A stretch of 54,208 nucleotides of DNA from an uncultured Myxococcales bacterium (GCA_964582775.1 CAZOTO010000004.1:1-54208); one strand, 5' to 3'; shown: positions 1 to 9,922, numbered from the stretch's first letter. Notes: a model not told the origin generated them from the sequence alone. Program-made: numbers and translations.

Positions 1-141
1 TCGGACTCGCATGCCATCGGGCGCTGGCTGCGGCAGTTCGAGTCCGCGCAGCAGACCCGGCGCGAGCTCGCGCGCCGCAACCTCAATCCGCAGCTCGTCG
101 TCGAGGGTGTGCTCCTCGACCTGCGCGCCTCGATCGGCTAG
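1..141 (+). CDS. 3' end of an unidentified CDS truncated by the window edge
   Basis: Frame 1 is open from base 1 to TAG at 139-141 (SDSHAIGRWLRQFESAQQTRRELARRNLNPQLVVEGVLLDLRASIG*). It ends 10 nt before the TatD start. Too short to assign a family. Confidence 0.35.
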   Translation, partial: SDSHAIGRWLRQFESAQQTRRELARRNLNPQLVVEGVLLDLRASIG

Positions 142-151
142 CCCCTCCGTC

Positions 152-955
152 ATGCGACTGTTCGACAGCCACGCCCACATCGGCTCGCCGGATCTCTACG
201 CGGAGGCGCCGCGCCTGATCGAGCGCGCGCGGCAGGCGGGCGTCGAGGGCATCCTCGCCGTCGGTGCCGGCTACGGTCTCGAGCACAACGCGGGGGCACT
301 GGCACTGGCCAGGGAACACCGGGGGGTGTGGGCAACGGCAGGCGTCCACCCGCACGAGGCCGAGGACTGGGACGATCGCGCCAGGCGCGCGGTCTCGGGC
401 TGGCTCGGCCATCCGCGCGTCGTCGCCGTCGGCGAGTGCGGGCTCGACTACTGGTACGAGCACTCCCCGCGCGAGGCGCAGCGCGAATGTCTACGCGCGC
501 AGATCCGGATCGCCCGCGAGACGGGACTGCCGCTCGTGATCCACGTGCGACCGAGCCGCGGCGAACGCGATGCCTACGACGAGCTCTTGCGCATCCTCGA
601 CGAGGAGGGCGCCGAGCGGGCGGGCGGCGTGATCCACTGCTTCACCGGTGACCTCGCATTCGCGCGTGAGTGCCTGGCCCGCAGCTTCATGCTCTCGTTC
701 TCGGGCATCCTCACCTTCCGCAACACCGAGGACCTTCGCGCCGTCGCCAGGGAGACTCCGCTCGAGCGCACACTCATCGAGACCGACTCCCCGCTGCTCG
801 CGCCCGATCCCCATCGGGGGCGCCGCAACGAACCCGCCTTCGTCGTGCACGTCGCCGAGTGCCTGGCGGCGATCCACGGCGTCGACGCCGAGCGCGTGGC
901 CGAGATCACCGCGGGAAACACCTACCGGCTGTTCCGCATGGAGACCGAGCGATGA
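152..955 (+). CDS. tatD: TatD family metal-dependent hydrolase (DNase)
   Basis: The internal ATG at 152 of track ORF 11..955 gives MRLFDSHAHIG (TatD His-x-His start). GECGLDYWY, LVIHVR, IHCFTG and IETDSPLL motifs are present. The upstream 47 aa of the track ORF are Ser/Arg-rich and overlap the preceding CDS. Confidence 0.85.
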   Translation: MRLFDSHAHIGSPDLYAEAPRLIERARQAGVEGILAVGAGYGLEHNAGALALAREHRGVWATAGVHPHEAEDWDDRARRAVSGWLGHPRVVAVGECGLDYWYEHSPREAQRECLRAQIRIARETGLPLVIHVRPSRGERDAYDELLRILDEEGAERAGGVIHCFTGDLAFARECLARSFMLSFSGILTFRNTEDLRAVARETPLERTLIETDSPLLAPDPHRGRRNEPAFVVHVAECLAAIHGVDAERVAEITAGNTYRLFRMETER

Positions 956-1743
956 GGGACTTGCTCGATCTCGCCATGGACATCGCGCGCCAGGCCGGCG
1001 CGCTGCAGCGCGAGCGCTTTCGCGAGCCGCGCGTGATCCATACGAAGAGCAGCCCGATCGATCTCGTCACCGACGTGGATCACGCCTGCGACGCACTGAT
1101 CCTCGAGCGCATCCATCGCGCGCGCCCGGACGACGAGGTGCTCACCGAGGAGACCGGAACTCGCGAGGGCCGCGGCACGAACGGCGTGCGCTGGATCGTC
1201 GATCCACTCGACGGAACCACGAATTACGCCCATGGCTTCCCACACTTCGCGGTGTCGATTGGCATCGAGCTCCACGGCGAGGGCGCGGCGGGGGTCGTCT
1301 ACGACCCCATGCGCGACGAGATGTTCTCGGCGCTTCGCGGGCACGGCGCCTTCCTGAATGGCGAGCGCATCCGCGTGAGCGAGACCGCCGAGCTCGCGCG
1401 ATCCATGCTCGCCACCGGCTTTGCCTACGACGTGCACACCGCTCGCGCGAACAACATCGAACCGTTCGTCGGCTTCCTCAAGCGCGTGCAGGCGATCCGG
1501 CGCGCGGGAAGCGCCGCACTCGACCTCGCCTACGTCGCCGCCGGCCGCTTCGACGGCTTCTGGGAGCTGCACCTCGCGGCGTGGGACGTCGCCGCCGGAC
1601 TCGTGCTGCTCGCCGAGGCGGGCGGCCGCGCCACGAACTTCACCGGCGGCCCCGCTTCGAGCCGCAACCTGGTCGCCTCGAACGGCTTCGTGCACGACGC
1701 CATGATCGCCGTGCTCGCGGAATCCGACCCGGGCGTCGCGTAG
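952..1743 (+). CDS. suhB: Inositol monophosphatase family protein (SuhB-like)
   Basis: ATG at 952 overlaps the tatD stop (ATGA). Motifs seen: EETG, WIVDPLDGTTNY, and WDVAAG near the C-terminus. The start lies inside track ORF 670..1743. Confidence 0.85.
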   Translation: MRDLLDLAMDIARQAGALQRERFREPRVIHTKSSPIDLVTDVDHACDALILERIHRARPDDEVLTEETGTREGRGTNGVRWIVDPLDGTTNYAHGFPHFAVSIGIELHGEGAAGVVYDPMRDEMFSALRGHGAFLNGERIRVSETAELARSMLATGFAYDVHTARANNIEPFVGFLKRVQAIRRAGSAALDLAYVAAGRFDGFWELHLAAWDVAAGLVLLAEAGGRATNFTGGPASSRNLVASNGFVHDAMIAVLAESDPGVA

Positions 1744-1767
1744 CGCCGACGTCGGTGCGGCGATCGC

Positions 1768-3258
1768 CTATTCGCTCCGGTCGCCGGAAGCGTCGGTGGC
1801 GGCGGCCGAGCCCTCGCTCTTCGGCGAGAGCTCCACGAGCAACGCATCGTGTCCGAGGGGGACATCCTCGACGATGTCGGCCTTCACCCACCACAGCTCG
1901 GAGCCGGCCGACGAGCGCGCGGACACGCCCCTGCCCTCGACGAGATTGCCGAGCGCGAGCCAGCCGAGCTCCGCCCCGTGTGCGTCCCGTGCGACGACGC
2001 GCACGCTCGGCGGCTCGAGCCCGAGCGCCGCAGCGCGCGAGGAATCGGCCTCGATGCCGGTGGCATCAAGCGAGGCGATCGCAAAGAGGAGATCGTCCGC
2101 GAAGAGCGCCGGAAGGTCGACGGGCCGTCCGCTCGCGTCACGGGCCGTCCACTCTTCGACGGGAGCGGCGTCTTGCGCCTCGTCCGCCTTCGCGCGCGCG
2201 AGCACGTAGCGGCGATCCTCGCGCGGAAAGGCGAGCTCGATCTCGCGCACGGCGGACTCGTCGATCCGCGACACCTGTTTGTGCCGGTAGTCGAAAGGAT
2301 CGCGCGGCACGCCTTCGAGGAGCGGGGCGCGCACCTCGAACACGGGATGGGCAGCGTCCACCTGCAGGAAGACGTGGCCATCGGCGCGGCCGAAGGCCCA
2401 GCGCTGCTCGCCGGCGGCGGTCTCGAGCACGATCTCGACCTCGGGCGGGGCGAGCCCGAAGCGGGCTGGCGGGGCCGGCTCGTCCATGAAGTCGAGCGCG
2501 CGTGCGTGCGCCATCTCTCCGAGCAGCCGATCGATGCGTGCGGCATCCGCGCGCGCGCGGTTCGTCGAAACGGCGCCGTCGTCGACCCACCAGTCGTCGT
2601 CCGCCCGGCGCGCCGCGACCACGGGGCTTCCCTTTGCGCGCACGCGAAACCCCATCACGTCCCCGGCCTCGAGGTGCGCGATGCGCTTCTCGCGAAGCTC
2701 GAGCAGCGCCGGCCGCAGACGGATCGCCGTCGTGTTCGACACCGTGACGATGCGCTTCGGCGCCGACGCGAGCGCGGCGTACGTCGCATCCCCCACCGGC
2801 GCCTTCGTTCCCAGGTACACGCGCACGAGCTCGCGGTCGCCCGCGCGCGCCACCGCAGTCGCCCGCGCGTCCTCGTCCAGGCCGAAGATCGCCGTATCGT
2901 CGGCCGCGTCGTCGATGGTCGCGAGGGACGACAGATCGGCGAACGCATCGAGCACACGACGCACGGCGTCGGCATCCGCCGCGTACTCGATGGGCGCGGT
3001 AAGCCGCCACGCGGGGATGCGCGCGGGCATCGACGGCGACTCGCCCTCGGGCGGGTCCACGCGCTCGAGCCGGGCATGACCACCGCCTTCGAGCGGGAGC
3101 TCGAGTACGGTGACCTCGGAGGAATCGACCTGCACGAGCCGCTTCTCCGCAGCCCGCTGCGCCTCGCGCTCGGCCTCGCCGCGGATCTCGACGAGCCAGA
3201 TGTAGAGACCGAGCGCCGCGGCCAGGGCGAAGAGCGCGATCGTTCCACGGGCCTTCAC
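1768..3258 (-). CDS. DUF4340-like membrane-anchored protein, last gene of the ABC-2/GldG operon
   Basis: 496-aa ORF with GTG start at 3258 preceded by GGGAGG. One N-terminal TM helix (IALFALAAALGLYIWLV). The family call rests on its position after ATPase / ABC-2 permease / GldG-like genes and on general resemblance. Confidence 0.65.
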   Translation of the reverse strand: MKARGTIALFALAAALGLYIWLVEIRGEAEREAQRAAEKRLVQVDSSEVTVLELPLEGGGHARLERVDPPEGESPSMPARIPAWRLTAPIEYAADADAVRRVLDAFADLSSLATIDDAADDTAIFGLDEDARATAVARAGDRELVRVYLGTKAPVGDATYAALASAPKRIVTVSNTTAIRLRPALLELREKRIAHLEAGDVMGFRVRAKGSPVVAARRADDDWWVDDGAVSTNRARADAARIDRLLGEMAHARALDFMDEPAPPARFGLAPPEVEIVLETAAGEQRWAFGRADGHVFLQVDAAHPVFEVRAPLLEGVPRDPFDYRHKQVSRIDESAVREIELAFPREDRRYVLARAKADEAQDAAPVEEWTARDASGRPVDLPALFADDLLFAIASLDATGIEADSSRAAALGLEPPSVRVVARDAHGAELGWLALGNLVEGRGVSARSSAGSELWWVKADIVEDVPLGHDALLVELSPKSEGSAAATDASGDRSE

Positions 3259-3273
3259 GCGCGCCTCCCTCGC

Positions 3274-4851
3274 CTACACCGCGACCCTGCGCCGCCACCA
3301 GGTGAGGATGCCGAGCAGAACGATCGCCTCGGGCAGCACGAACAGCGCCGCGAAGCGGAAGTTCGCGAACTGCTGCTCGGACAGGCGGACCATCGAGGCG
3401 CGCGGCGTCTTGCGCTCGACGGTGACGAAGGCCTCCTCGCCCACCATCCAGCTCACCGTATTCAGCAGGAAGTCCGCGTTGTACAGCTCGGTCACGTAGC
3501 GGTTGCGCGCGAAGTCGGAGTCGCCGATCACGACGAGCCGGCCCTCGCGCTCGCCGCCGGCATTTCCTACATCCTGCGCGCCGTCGTCCTTCGCGACGCC
3601 GTCGCGCGGGAAGGTGCGGGCGACGGCAAGCGATACCGGTCCGACGCGATCCGCCGCGGGATCGAGCTGTACCTCGCGCCGCTCGGTGAACGCGGAGAGA
3701 TCCGTCTCGGCCCAGCTCTTCTCTGCCGTGCGCAAGAGCTCGATGGGCGCGGGCTCCACACCGGACGCGGGCCGGACCGAGCGCGCGATCGTGAACATCG
3801 TGGGCTGGGACGCGAGCTTCTCCGTGATCGGATGCGCACCGTACGAGGTCACGACGGGCTGCACGCCGAGCTGCGGCCCCGAGAAGAGCTGGATCTGCTC
3901 CTCGACGACCACGTCGTCCCCGACCTCGACGCCCCACGCGCGAAGCGGCTCCTCGAGCTTCGTCACCACGAGTGGATCGATCAGCACGAGCACGGAGCCG
4001 CCGCGGCGCAGAAAGGCGTCGAGCATCCGGATCTCGCGCTCGAACACGGAGTGGCTCGGTCCCGCGATCACCACCGCATCCGCATCCTCGGGAACGCCGT
4101 CCGCATTGGCGAGCAGCAGCTCCTCGACCTCGATGTTCTCGTCGCCGAGCGCGGTCGCGGCCGCGGTCATGCCCGAGGCCTGCTCGTCCTTCGGGCTCGC
4201 CTCGCCGTGCCCCGTCGTGAAGTAGACCTTGCGGCGGCTCGACAGCACGCTGCGGATCGCGCGGGTCACCTCTTCTTCGGTCACCTGCGCGAGCCGCACG
4301 GTTCCCTTCGCGGTGTCGCACGGCCCGCCGCACACGATCACCACGCCCTCGGAGCGGACCTCGTGCTTCGCAGCGAGATCGGGACGCCGATTCGGATCGA
4401 CGTAGCGCACGCGCACGCGCGGGCTCTCGTACGTGTAGGGCTCGAGCCGGCTGCGCGCCTCGAGCTCGTTGCCGCTCGTGTAGAAGGCGAGGATCTCGAT
4501 CTGCCCGTCGGAGGGGATCTGCGCGAGCACGTCGCGGCTGCCGCGGGCGAGCGAGTGGACCTTCGCCTCGGTCCAGTCCCAGTGCACGGGATGGCGCACG
4601 GAGAGCCACGCCACCATGCCGGTGATCCCCAGCACGACGGCCGTCTGCAGGATCGTGCTGCCCCCCCGTCGCCCCGCATCGCTCGCGAGGAACTCGCCCA
4701 GCTTCGCCGAGCTCTGCACGGCGGCCGCGACGAGCAGGCCGAGGCCCACGAGCAGATGAGCCCACACCGCCCACGGCGACACGCCGACCATGAGGCCGAC
4801 GACGCCGAAGAGGACGAGCACCGCGCCGATCGCAGCCCAAAGTGCACCCAC
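3274..4851 (-). CDS. GldG-like ABC-type transport auxiliary component
   Basis: 525 aa with GTG start. Has N-terminal TM helices, a large central soluble region and a C-terminal TM helix followed by WWRRR. It lies directly between the ABC-2 permease and the DUF4340-like gene. Confidence 0.7.
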   Translation of the reverse strand: MGALWAAIGAVLVLFGVVGLMVGVSPWAVWAHLLVGLGLLVAAAVQSSAKLGEFLASDAGRRGGSTILQTAVVLGITGMVAWLSVRHPVHWDWTEAKVHSLARGSRDVLAQIPSDGQIEILAFYTSGNELEARSRLEPYTYESPRVRVRYVDPNRRPDLAAKHEVRSEGVVIVCGGPCDTAKGTVRLAQVTEEEVTRAIRSVLSSRRKVYFTTGHGEASPKDEQASGMTAAATALGDENIEVEELLLANADGVPEDADAVVIAGPSHSVFEREIRMLDAFLRRGGSVLVLIDPLVVTKLEEPLRAWGVEVGDDVVVEEQIQLFSGPQLGVQPVVTSYGAHPITEKLASQPTMFTIARSVRPASGVEPAPIELLRTAEKSWAETDLSAFTERREVQLDPAADRVGPVSLAVARTFPRDGVAKDDGAQDVGNAGGEREGRLVVIGDSDFARNRYVTELYNADFLLNTVSWMVGEEAFVTVERKTPRASMVRLSEQQFANFRFAALFVLPEAIVLLGILTWWRRRVAV

Positions 4852-4860
4852 CGCGGGCTC

Positions 4861-5637
4861 CTAGCGCCAGCGCAGCGAGTCGATCGCTGCGCGCGCAAGA
4901 GACAGGAACACGACCACCATGGCGCCGAAGTAGACCCAATCCTCCGTGCGCACCTGCCCGCGGATGCCCTGCTCGTAATGCTGGCTCGTGCCCAGGTAGC
5001 CGAGCAGCGCCTTCAGGGTCTCGTTCGCGGTGCTCTCGCCGGCAAGATCGAGGATCACGAGCAGCAGCGCCGCCATGATCCCCACGACTCCCGCCACGAT
5101 CTGGCTGCGCGTGAGCGCGGAGACGAAGCAGCCGAGCGCGCCGAGACCGGCGCCGTAGAGGAAGAGCGTGAGCAGGCCCGCGAGCGTCTGCCACGGCTCC
5201 GGATCCCCATACAGGAAGAGCAGCGCGGGGAAGAAGGCGGTGAGCCCGACCAGGGCCCCCACCATGGCGAGCACCGCCAGGTACTTGCCGAGGACGATCT
5301 CGCCCACGGTGATGGGGCTGGTGAGCAGAAGCTCGATCGAGCCGGTCGCCCGCTCCTCGGCGAAAGCGCGCATGGTGAGCAGCGGAACGATCACCAGGAA
5401 CGCGAACACGAAGGTGTAGAGCGCCGGCGCGATCACGGCATCGTTCAGGTTCCACTCGGCGAGCAGATGCGTGAGCCCGTAGGCCTGCACCTGCTGCACG
5501 CGCATGAGGAACACGCCCAGGCTCGCGAAGAAGACGAAGCCCGCGAACACCAGATAGGCGGCGAGCAGCACATAGGCCACGGGCGTGGAGAACGCGGAAC
5601 GAAGCTCGCGCGCGGCAATGACCGGGACGTGCTTCAC
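4861..5637 (-). CDS. ABC-2 type transporter permease
   Basis: 258-aa hydrophobic C-terminal part of track ORF 4861..6540 (VKHVPVIAARELRSAFSTPVAY... EERATGSIELLLTSPI). The GTG at 5637 overlaps the ATPase stop (GTGA). The upstream part of the track ORF is Arg/Pro-rich and out of frame with the ATPase gene. Confidence 0.8.
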   Translation of the reverse strand: MKHVPVIAARELRSAFSTPVAYVLLAAYLVFAGFVFFASLGVFLMRVQQVQAYGLTHLLAEWNLNDAVIAPALYTFVFAFLVIVPLLTMRAFAEERATGSIELLLTSPITVGEIVLGKYLAVLAMVGALVGLTAFFPALLFLYGDPEPWQTLAGLLTLFLYGAGLGALGCFVSALTRSQIVAGVVGIMAALLLVILDLAGESTANETLKALLGYLGTSQHYEQGIRGQVRTEDWVYFGAMVVVFLSLARAAIDSLRWR

Positions 5638-6392
5638 GACGCGGCCTCCGCAGCCATGCGGCTGGCGGAACGGGCGCGCGCGGCACGATCCACCTCGCGC
5701 AGGAACACCTGCTCGAGCGTGCCGTCGCCGCGCACCTCGCCGAGCGGTCCGTCGAGACACATCTCCCCATAGGCGAGGATCAGCACGCGCTTGCAGATCG
5801 CCTCGACCTCGGCGAGCACGTGGGTGGAGAGGATGATCGTGCGGCCGTGGGTCTCGGCGAGCGATTGGATGAGCGCGCGGATCTCGGTGATCTGCGCGGG
5901 ATCGAGACCGGCGGTGGGTTCGTCGAGGACGAGCACTTCGGGCTCGTGCACGATCGCCTGCGCCAGGCCCACCCGCTGCCGGTAGCCCTTCGACAGCGTC
6001 CCGATCACGCGGCGGCGCACGTCGACGAGGCCGCACGCCGCGAGCGCGCGATCGACCTTCTCGCGCCGCACCGCCCGGGCAACGTCGTGCAGCGCCGCGG
6101 CGTACGCGACGTAGTCCTCGACCCGCATCTCCGGGTAGAGCGGCGGGATCTCCGGCAGGTACCCCACGGCCCGGCGCGCGGCGAGCGGTTCGCGCGCGAG
6201 ATCGAATCCCGCCACGGTGACACGCCCGCGCGTCGGCGGCAGGAAGCCGGTGAGCACCCGCATCGTCGTCGTCTTTCCCGCGCCGTTGGGGCCGAGGAAG
6301 CCGACGACCTCGCCCTTCTCGATCGAGAAGGAGACGTCGCGCACGGCCTCGAAGCTGCCGTAGCGCTTGCAAAGGCCATCCACTCGAATCAC
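5634..6392 (-). CDS. ABC transporter ATP-binding protein (ABC-2 subfamily)
   Basis: Walker A GPNGAGKTT, signature LSKGYRQR and Walker B VLVLDEP are present. GTG at 6392 gives the typical start (M)IRVDGLCKRYG, preceded by a G-rich tract. An in-frame ATG at 6434 is an alternative start. Confidence 0.85.
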   Translation of the reverse strand: MIRVDGLCKRYGSFEAVRDVSFSIEKGEVVGFLGPNGAGKTTTMRVLTGFLPPTRGRVTVAGFDLAREPLAARRAVGYLPEIPPLYPEMRVEDYVAYAAALHDVARAVRREKVDRALAACGLVDVRRRVIGTLSKGYRQRVGLAQAIVHEPEVLVLDEPTAGLDPAQITEIRALIQSLAETHGRTIILSTHVLAEVEAICKRVLILAYGEMCLDGPLGEVRGDGTLEQVFLREVDRAARARSASRMAAEAAS

Positions 6393-6567
6393 GTAGCGCC
6401 CCCCCGAGCCATCGTGCCCCCGCCGCCGTGCCATCCAGCGCTCCACCGGATGGGACGCGAAGCAAGGTACCGGCAGCGCCCGACGCGGGCAACGGGATGG
6501 AGCCGCGGCGCGGCCCCATGGGAGTGACTGGACGGCGCATCGTTCGTCCGAGACACGAGCGGGCGCA

Positions 6568-7398
6568 CTACCCTCGCCCCGGATCCAGACGGGCGCGGAG
6601 TGCGTCTCCGAGCAGGTGGAAGCCGAGCAGCGCGAGCAGGATCGCGAACGACGGAAACACGATCGCATGCGGATGGGAGCGCATCGCCACGAAGCCGTCG
6701 CTCGCGAGCACACCCCAGCTCGCGAACGGCGGCTGCACGCCCAAGCCGAGGAAGGAGAGCGTCGACTCCGCGAGGATCGCCGAGGGGATCCGCAGCGCCG
6801 CGGTCACCAGGATGGGCGCGGCGACGTTGGGGAGGATGTGCCGCCACAGGACGCGCATGGACGGTGCGCCGATCGCATGTGCGGCCTCGACCCACGGCTC
6901 CTCGCGAGCCTGCAGAACGAGGCCGCGCACGAGACGCGCCACGGAGACCCACCCCACGAGGCCGAGCGCCACCACCAACGCGGCCAAGCGGCGATACACG
7001 TCGGGAACGCCGGCGAGACCCGCCTGCAGCACCTCGGTGAGCAGGACGACGAGGAGCACGTCGGGCAGCGAATACGCGACATCGACCGCGCGCATGAGCC
7101 AGCCATCCACGCGCCCGCCGACGTAGCCCGACACGCCGCCGTACGCGATTCCCACCGCGAGCGCGAGCAGCGTCGAGCCCACGGCCACCACGAGCGAGAC
7201 CCGCGCGCCCGCGGCCAAGCGGGCGAAGAGATCGCGGCCGAGCGCGTCCGTGCCCATCCAGTGCTCGCGCGAGGGCGCCTCGAGCGCGCGCAGCGGATCC
7301 TGCGCGTCGAAGCGATGGCCGGACACGCGGTCACCCGCCGCCGCCATCGCGAGCAGCAGGACCACGACGCCCGCGCCGATCCATCCTGCGCGGCTCAT
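6568..7398 (-). CDS. Peptide/nickel ABC transporter permease (OppC/DppC-like)
   Basis: The last 276 aa of track ORF 6568..9579 start MSRAGWIGAGVVVLLLA. They carry the HWMGTDALGRD motif and the EAA-like loop (EAAHAIGAPSMRVLWRHILPN). The ATG at 7398 overlaps the upstream permease stop. Confidence 0.85.
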   Translation of the reverse strand: MSRAGWIGAGVVVLLLAMAAAGDRVSGHRFDAQDPLRALEAPSREHWMGTDALGRDLFARLAAGARVSLVVAVGSTLLALAVGIAYGGVSGYVGGRVDGWLMRAVDVAYSLPDVLLVVLLTEVLQAGLAGVPDVYRRLAALVVALGLVGWVSVARLVRGLVLQAREEPWVEAAHAIGAPSMRVLWRHILPNVAAPILVTAALRIPSAILAESTLSFLGLGVQPPFASWGVLASDGFVAMRSHPHAIVFPSFAILLALLGFHLLGDALRARLDPGRG

Positions 7399-8324
7399 CC
7401 GCGCGGCCGTCCCATGCGGATCCGCGGATCGATCCACGCGTAGAGGAGGTCGACGACGAGGTTCGCGGCCACGACAAGCGCGCAGTACACGAGGGTCACG
7501 CCGAGCACGAGCGGATGGTCGCGGTCGGTGACCGCGGTGACGAAGAAGCGGCCGATGCCGGGCACGGCGAAGATCTTCTCGACCACGAACGAGCCGGTGA
7601 GAAGGGTCGCGAGCAGCGGGCCGAAGTACGTCACGACCGCGAGCCAGGCGTTGCGCAGCACGTGGTGCAGGAACACGCGCGCCTCGCGCACCCCCTTCGC
7701 ACGCGCGGTGCGCACGAAGTCGAGGCGAGCCACCTCGATCACCGAGACGCGCGCGAGCTGCGCGATCGTGGCGAGCGGCAGCGCTGCAAGTGCGAGCGTG
7801 GGAAGCACCGCGTGCTCGGGTCCCTCCCACAGCCCCGCGGGGAAGGCGCCGAGCCGGAGCGCGAGCCCGTAGACGAGCGCCGCGGCGAGCACGAAGCTCG
7901 GCACGGAGATGCCGAGCACCGAAATCAGCATCACCGCGCGATCGAGTGCCGAGCCCGGCCGGCTTCCCGCCACCAGGCCCATCCCGATGCCACCCACGAG
8001 GGCGAGGCCGAGCGCGAGCGCGCCGAGCCCCGCCGACACGGGAAGCCCTTCGGCAATGATCTCCCTCACGTCGCGCCCGACGTACTTGTACGACGGTCCG
8101 AGGTCGCCGCGCACCAGGCCCGCGAGGTAGCGCGCGTACTGCTCGGCCAGCGGGCGATCGAGCGCGTAGCGCGCCTCGACGTTGCGGCGGATCTCGGGCG
8201 GCAGCGCCTTGTCGCGGTCGAAGGGCCCGCCCGGCAGGAAGCGCAGCAGCACGAACGTGATCGTCGCCACCGCGAGCAGGATCGCTGCGCCCTGGATCAC
8301 GCGAAGCCCCACGTAGCGAATCAT
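7395..8324 (-). CDS. Peptide/nickel ABC transporter permease (OppB/DppB-like)
   Basis: Starts MIRYVGLRVIQGAAILLAVATITFVLLRFLPGGP (canonical OppB N-terminus). Carries the TARAKGVRE loop. The ATG at 8324 overlaps the SBP stop (ATGA). Confidence 0.85.
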   Translation of the reverse strand: MIRYVGLRVIQGAAILLAVATITFVLLRFLPGGPFDRDKALPPEIRRNVEARYALDRPLAEQYARYLAGLVRGDLGPSYKYVGRDVREIIAEGLPVSAGLGALALGLALVGGIGMGLVAGSRPGSALDRAVMLISVLGISVPSFVLAAALVYGLALRLGAFPAGLWEGPEHAVLPTLALAALPLATIAQLARVSVIEVARLDFVRTARAKGVREARVFLHHVLRNAWLAVVTYFGPLLATLLTGSFVVEKIFAVPGIGRFFVTAVTDRDHPLVLGVTLVYCALVVAANLVVDLLYAWIDPRIRMGRPRG

Positions 8325-9922
8325 CGGACGCGCACCTCGTCGAGGAAGAGGAGGTCCATCGCGTTGGGCGCGAAGCCCTCGACGCGATCCGACACCGCGT
8401 AGTGATACGAGGCGACGAAGAGGGGAACGATCGGCACCTCTTCCTCGCACAGGATGCGCTGTGCATCATCGTAGAGCGCTCGACGCCGCGCGGGGTCGCG
8501 CTCGCGCGCGGCGCGCGCCACGAGCTCGTCGTAACGGGCGTCGCTCCAGCGGGTGAAGTTGTTCGCGCTGCCCGAGGTGAACAGGTCCATGAAGCTGTCG
8601 GGATCCGGATAGTCCGCGCCCCATCCCATGCGGAACACCGGCGGCGGATCCACCGCGAGCTCGCGCAGGAACGCCTTCCACTCGCGGCCCTCGAGCTCCA
8701 CGCGCACGCCGAGATGCTCCCGCCACTGCGCCTGGATGCGCTCGGCCACCAGTCGGTTCGTTTGATCCGCGTTGTACCCCACGCGGATCGGCGCGAGCTG
8801 CGCGGGATCGATCCCGGCCTCGGCGAGCAGCGCGCGCGCCCGCCCGGGATCGAAGCCGAGGCCGATCGCCGGATCGTGGTGCGGCATGCCCGGGGGGATC
8901 CAGCTCGTCGCAGGGATCTCGCCGCCGCGCAGGATCCGCGGCAGCTCCGAGCGATCGATCGCCATCGCGAACGCGCGGCGCACCCGCGCATCGTCGAACG
9001 GGGGCGACGAGACATCGAACCCGTAGTAGTAGCCGCGCAGCCCCGCCACCGTCCGGTGTCGGGATGTGCCTTCGTAGCGGCGGATCTCGAGCGGCGGCAG
9101 GCGCACGAGGTCGAGCCGGCCCTGCTCGAAGAGGGCGAGTGCGGTCGCCTCCTCGCCGACCATGTAGCCCACGATGCGGCGCACGCCGGGCGGACCCGCG
9201 TAGTAGGCAGGGTTGGCCCCGAGCGCGATGCGGTACTCGTGCCGCCACTGCTCCAGCCGGAACGGCCCGAGCGAGACGAGCCGGCCCGGATCCGTCCAGG
9301 CATCGCCGTGGGCCTCGATGCAATCGAGCCGCACGGGGTAGGTGACGGCGAAGGAGACCAGCGCGGGGAAGGAGACCAGCGCATCGACGAGCCGCACCTC
9401 GAGCGTGTGCGCATCGAGCGCGCGCACGCCCAAGGCGGAGGGATCGTCGAGCTCCCCTGCGTGGTAGGCGCGCGCATTCTCCACGTCGAACAGGAAGTAG
9501 GCGTACTCCGCGGCGGTCGCGGGTGCGAGCAGCCGCCGCCAGCCGTCCACGAAGTGCTCGGCGCGAAGCGCGACGCCATCGGTCCACACCACGTCGCGTC
9601 GCAGGTGGAAGGTGTACGTGCGGCCGTCGGGCGAGACGTCCCAGCGCTCCGCGAGCGCGGGCACGGGCCGCAGATCGGGTCCGAGCCGCGTGAGCCCTCG
9701 CATGAGCTGCTCGATCACCAGGAGCGACACGGTATCGGTGGCGAGGTTCCAGTCGAGCGTGGGTGGCTCGGTGCCGAGATTCAGCCGCAGCTCCCCCGGG
9801 GGCGGCTCGGCGGGTGCGCCGCAGCCGGGGATCGCGGCCATGGCGAGGAGGAGCGCAGCCATCGCTCGGCGCGCGCGGTGCCACCGGGCGTTGCAGGGCG
9901 GTACGGAGCGCGACGCTTCCAT
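8321..9922 (-). CDS. ABC transporter substrate-binding lipoprotein, family 5 (peptide/nickel)
   Basis: Family-5 SBP features are present (WTDG, GPFRLEQW, GWGADYPDPDSF). There is a signal peptide with a lipobox-like LAMAAIPGC. The start is taken at the ATG at 9922; 9862 is an alternative. Confidence 0.85.
   Translation of the reverse strand: MEASRSVPPCNARWHRARRAMAALLLAMAAIPGCGAPAEPPPGELRLNLGTEPPTLDWNLATDTVSLLVIEQLMRGLTRLGPDLRPVPALAERWDVSPDGRTYTFHLRRDVVWTDGVALRAEHFVDGWRRLLAPATAAEYAYFLFDVENARAYHAGELDDPSALGVRALDAHTLEVRLVDALVSFPALVSFAVTYPVRLDCIEAHGDAWTDPGRLVSLGPFRLEQWRHEYRIALGANPAYYAGPPGVRRIVGYMVGEEATALALFEQGRLDLVRLPPLEIRRYEGTSRHRTVAGLRGYYYGFDVSSPPFDDARVRRAFAMAIDRSELPRILRGGEIPATSWIPPGMPHHDPAIGLGFDPGRARALLAEAGIDPAQLAPIRVGYNADQTNRLVAERIQAQWREHLGVRVELEGREWKAFLRELAVDPPPVFRMGWGADYPDPDSFMDLFTSGSANNFTRWSDARYDELVARAARERDPARRRALYDDAQRILCEEEVPIVPLFVASYHYAVSDRVEGFAPNAMDLLFLDEVRVR

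Noticed and set aside
648-2489. 613-aa Arg/Pro/Ser-rich plus-strand ORF
   Set aside because: It is out of frame with the SuhB-like gene and antisense to the DUF4340-like gene. It has low-complexity composition and no motifs.
1849-5772. 1307-aa plus-strand ORF and its 1210-aa minus-strand counterpart (2138..5770), the longest ORFs in the track
   Set aside because: Both are extremely Arg/Ala/Gly/Pro/His-rich with no recognisable motifs. They lie antisense or out of frame to four well-supported genes (DUF4340-like, GldG-like, ABC-2 permease, ATPase). Long stop-free frames are expected in DNA this GC-rich.
7399-9579. N-terminal 727 aa of the 1003-aa track ORF 6568..9579
   Set aside because: Only the last 276 aa (OppC-like permease) are credible. 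The upstream part is a GC-driven open frame overlapping the real OppB-like and SBP genes, which are in other frames.
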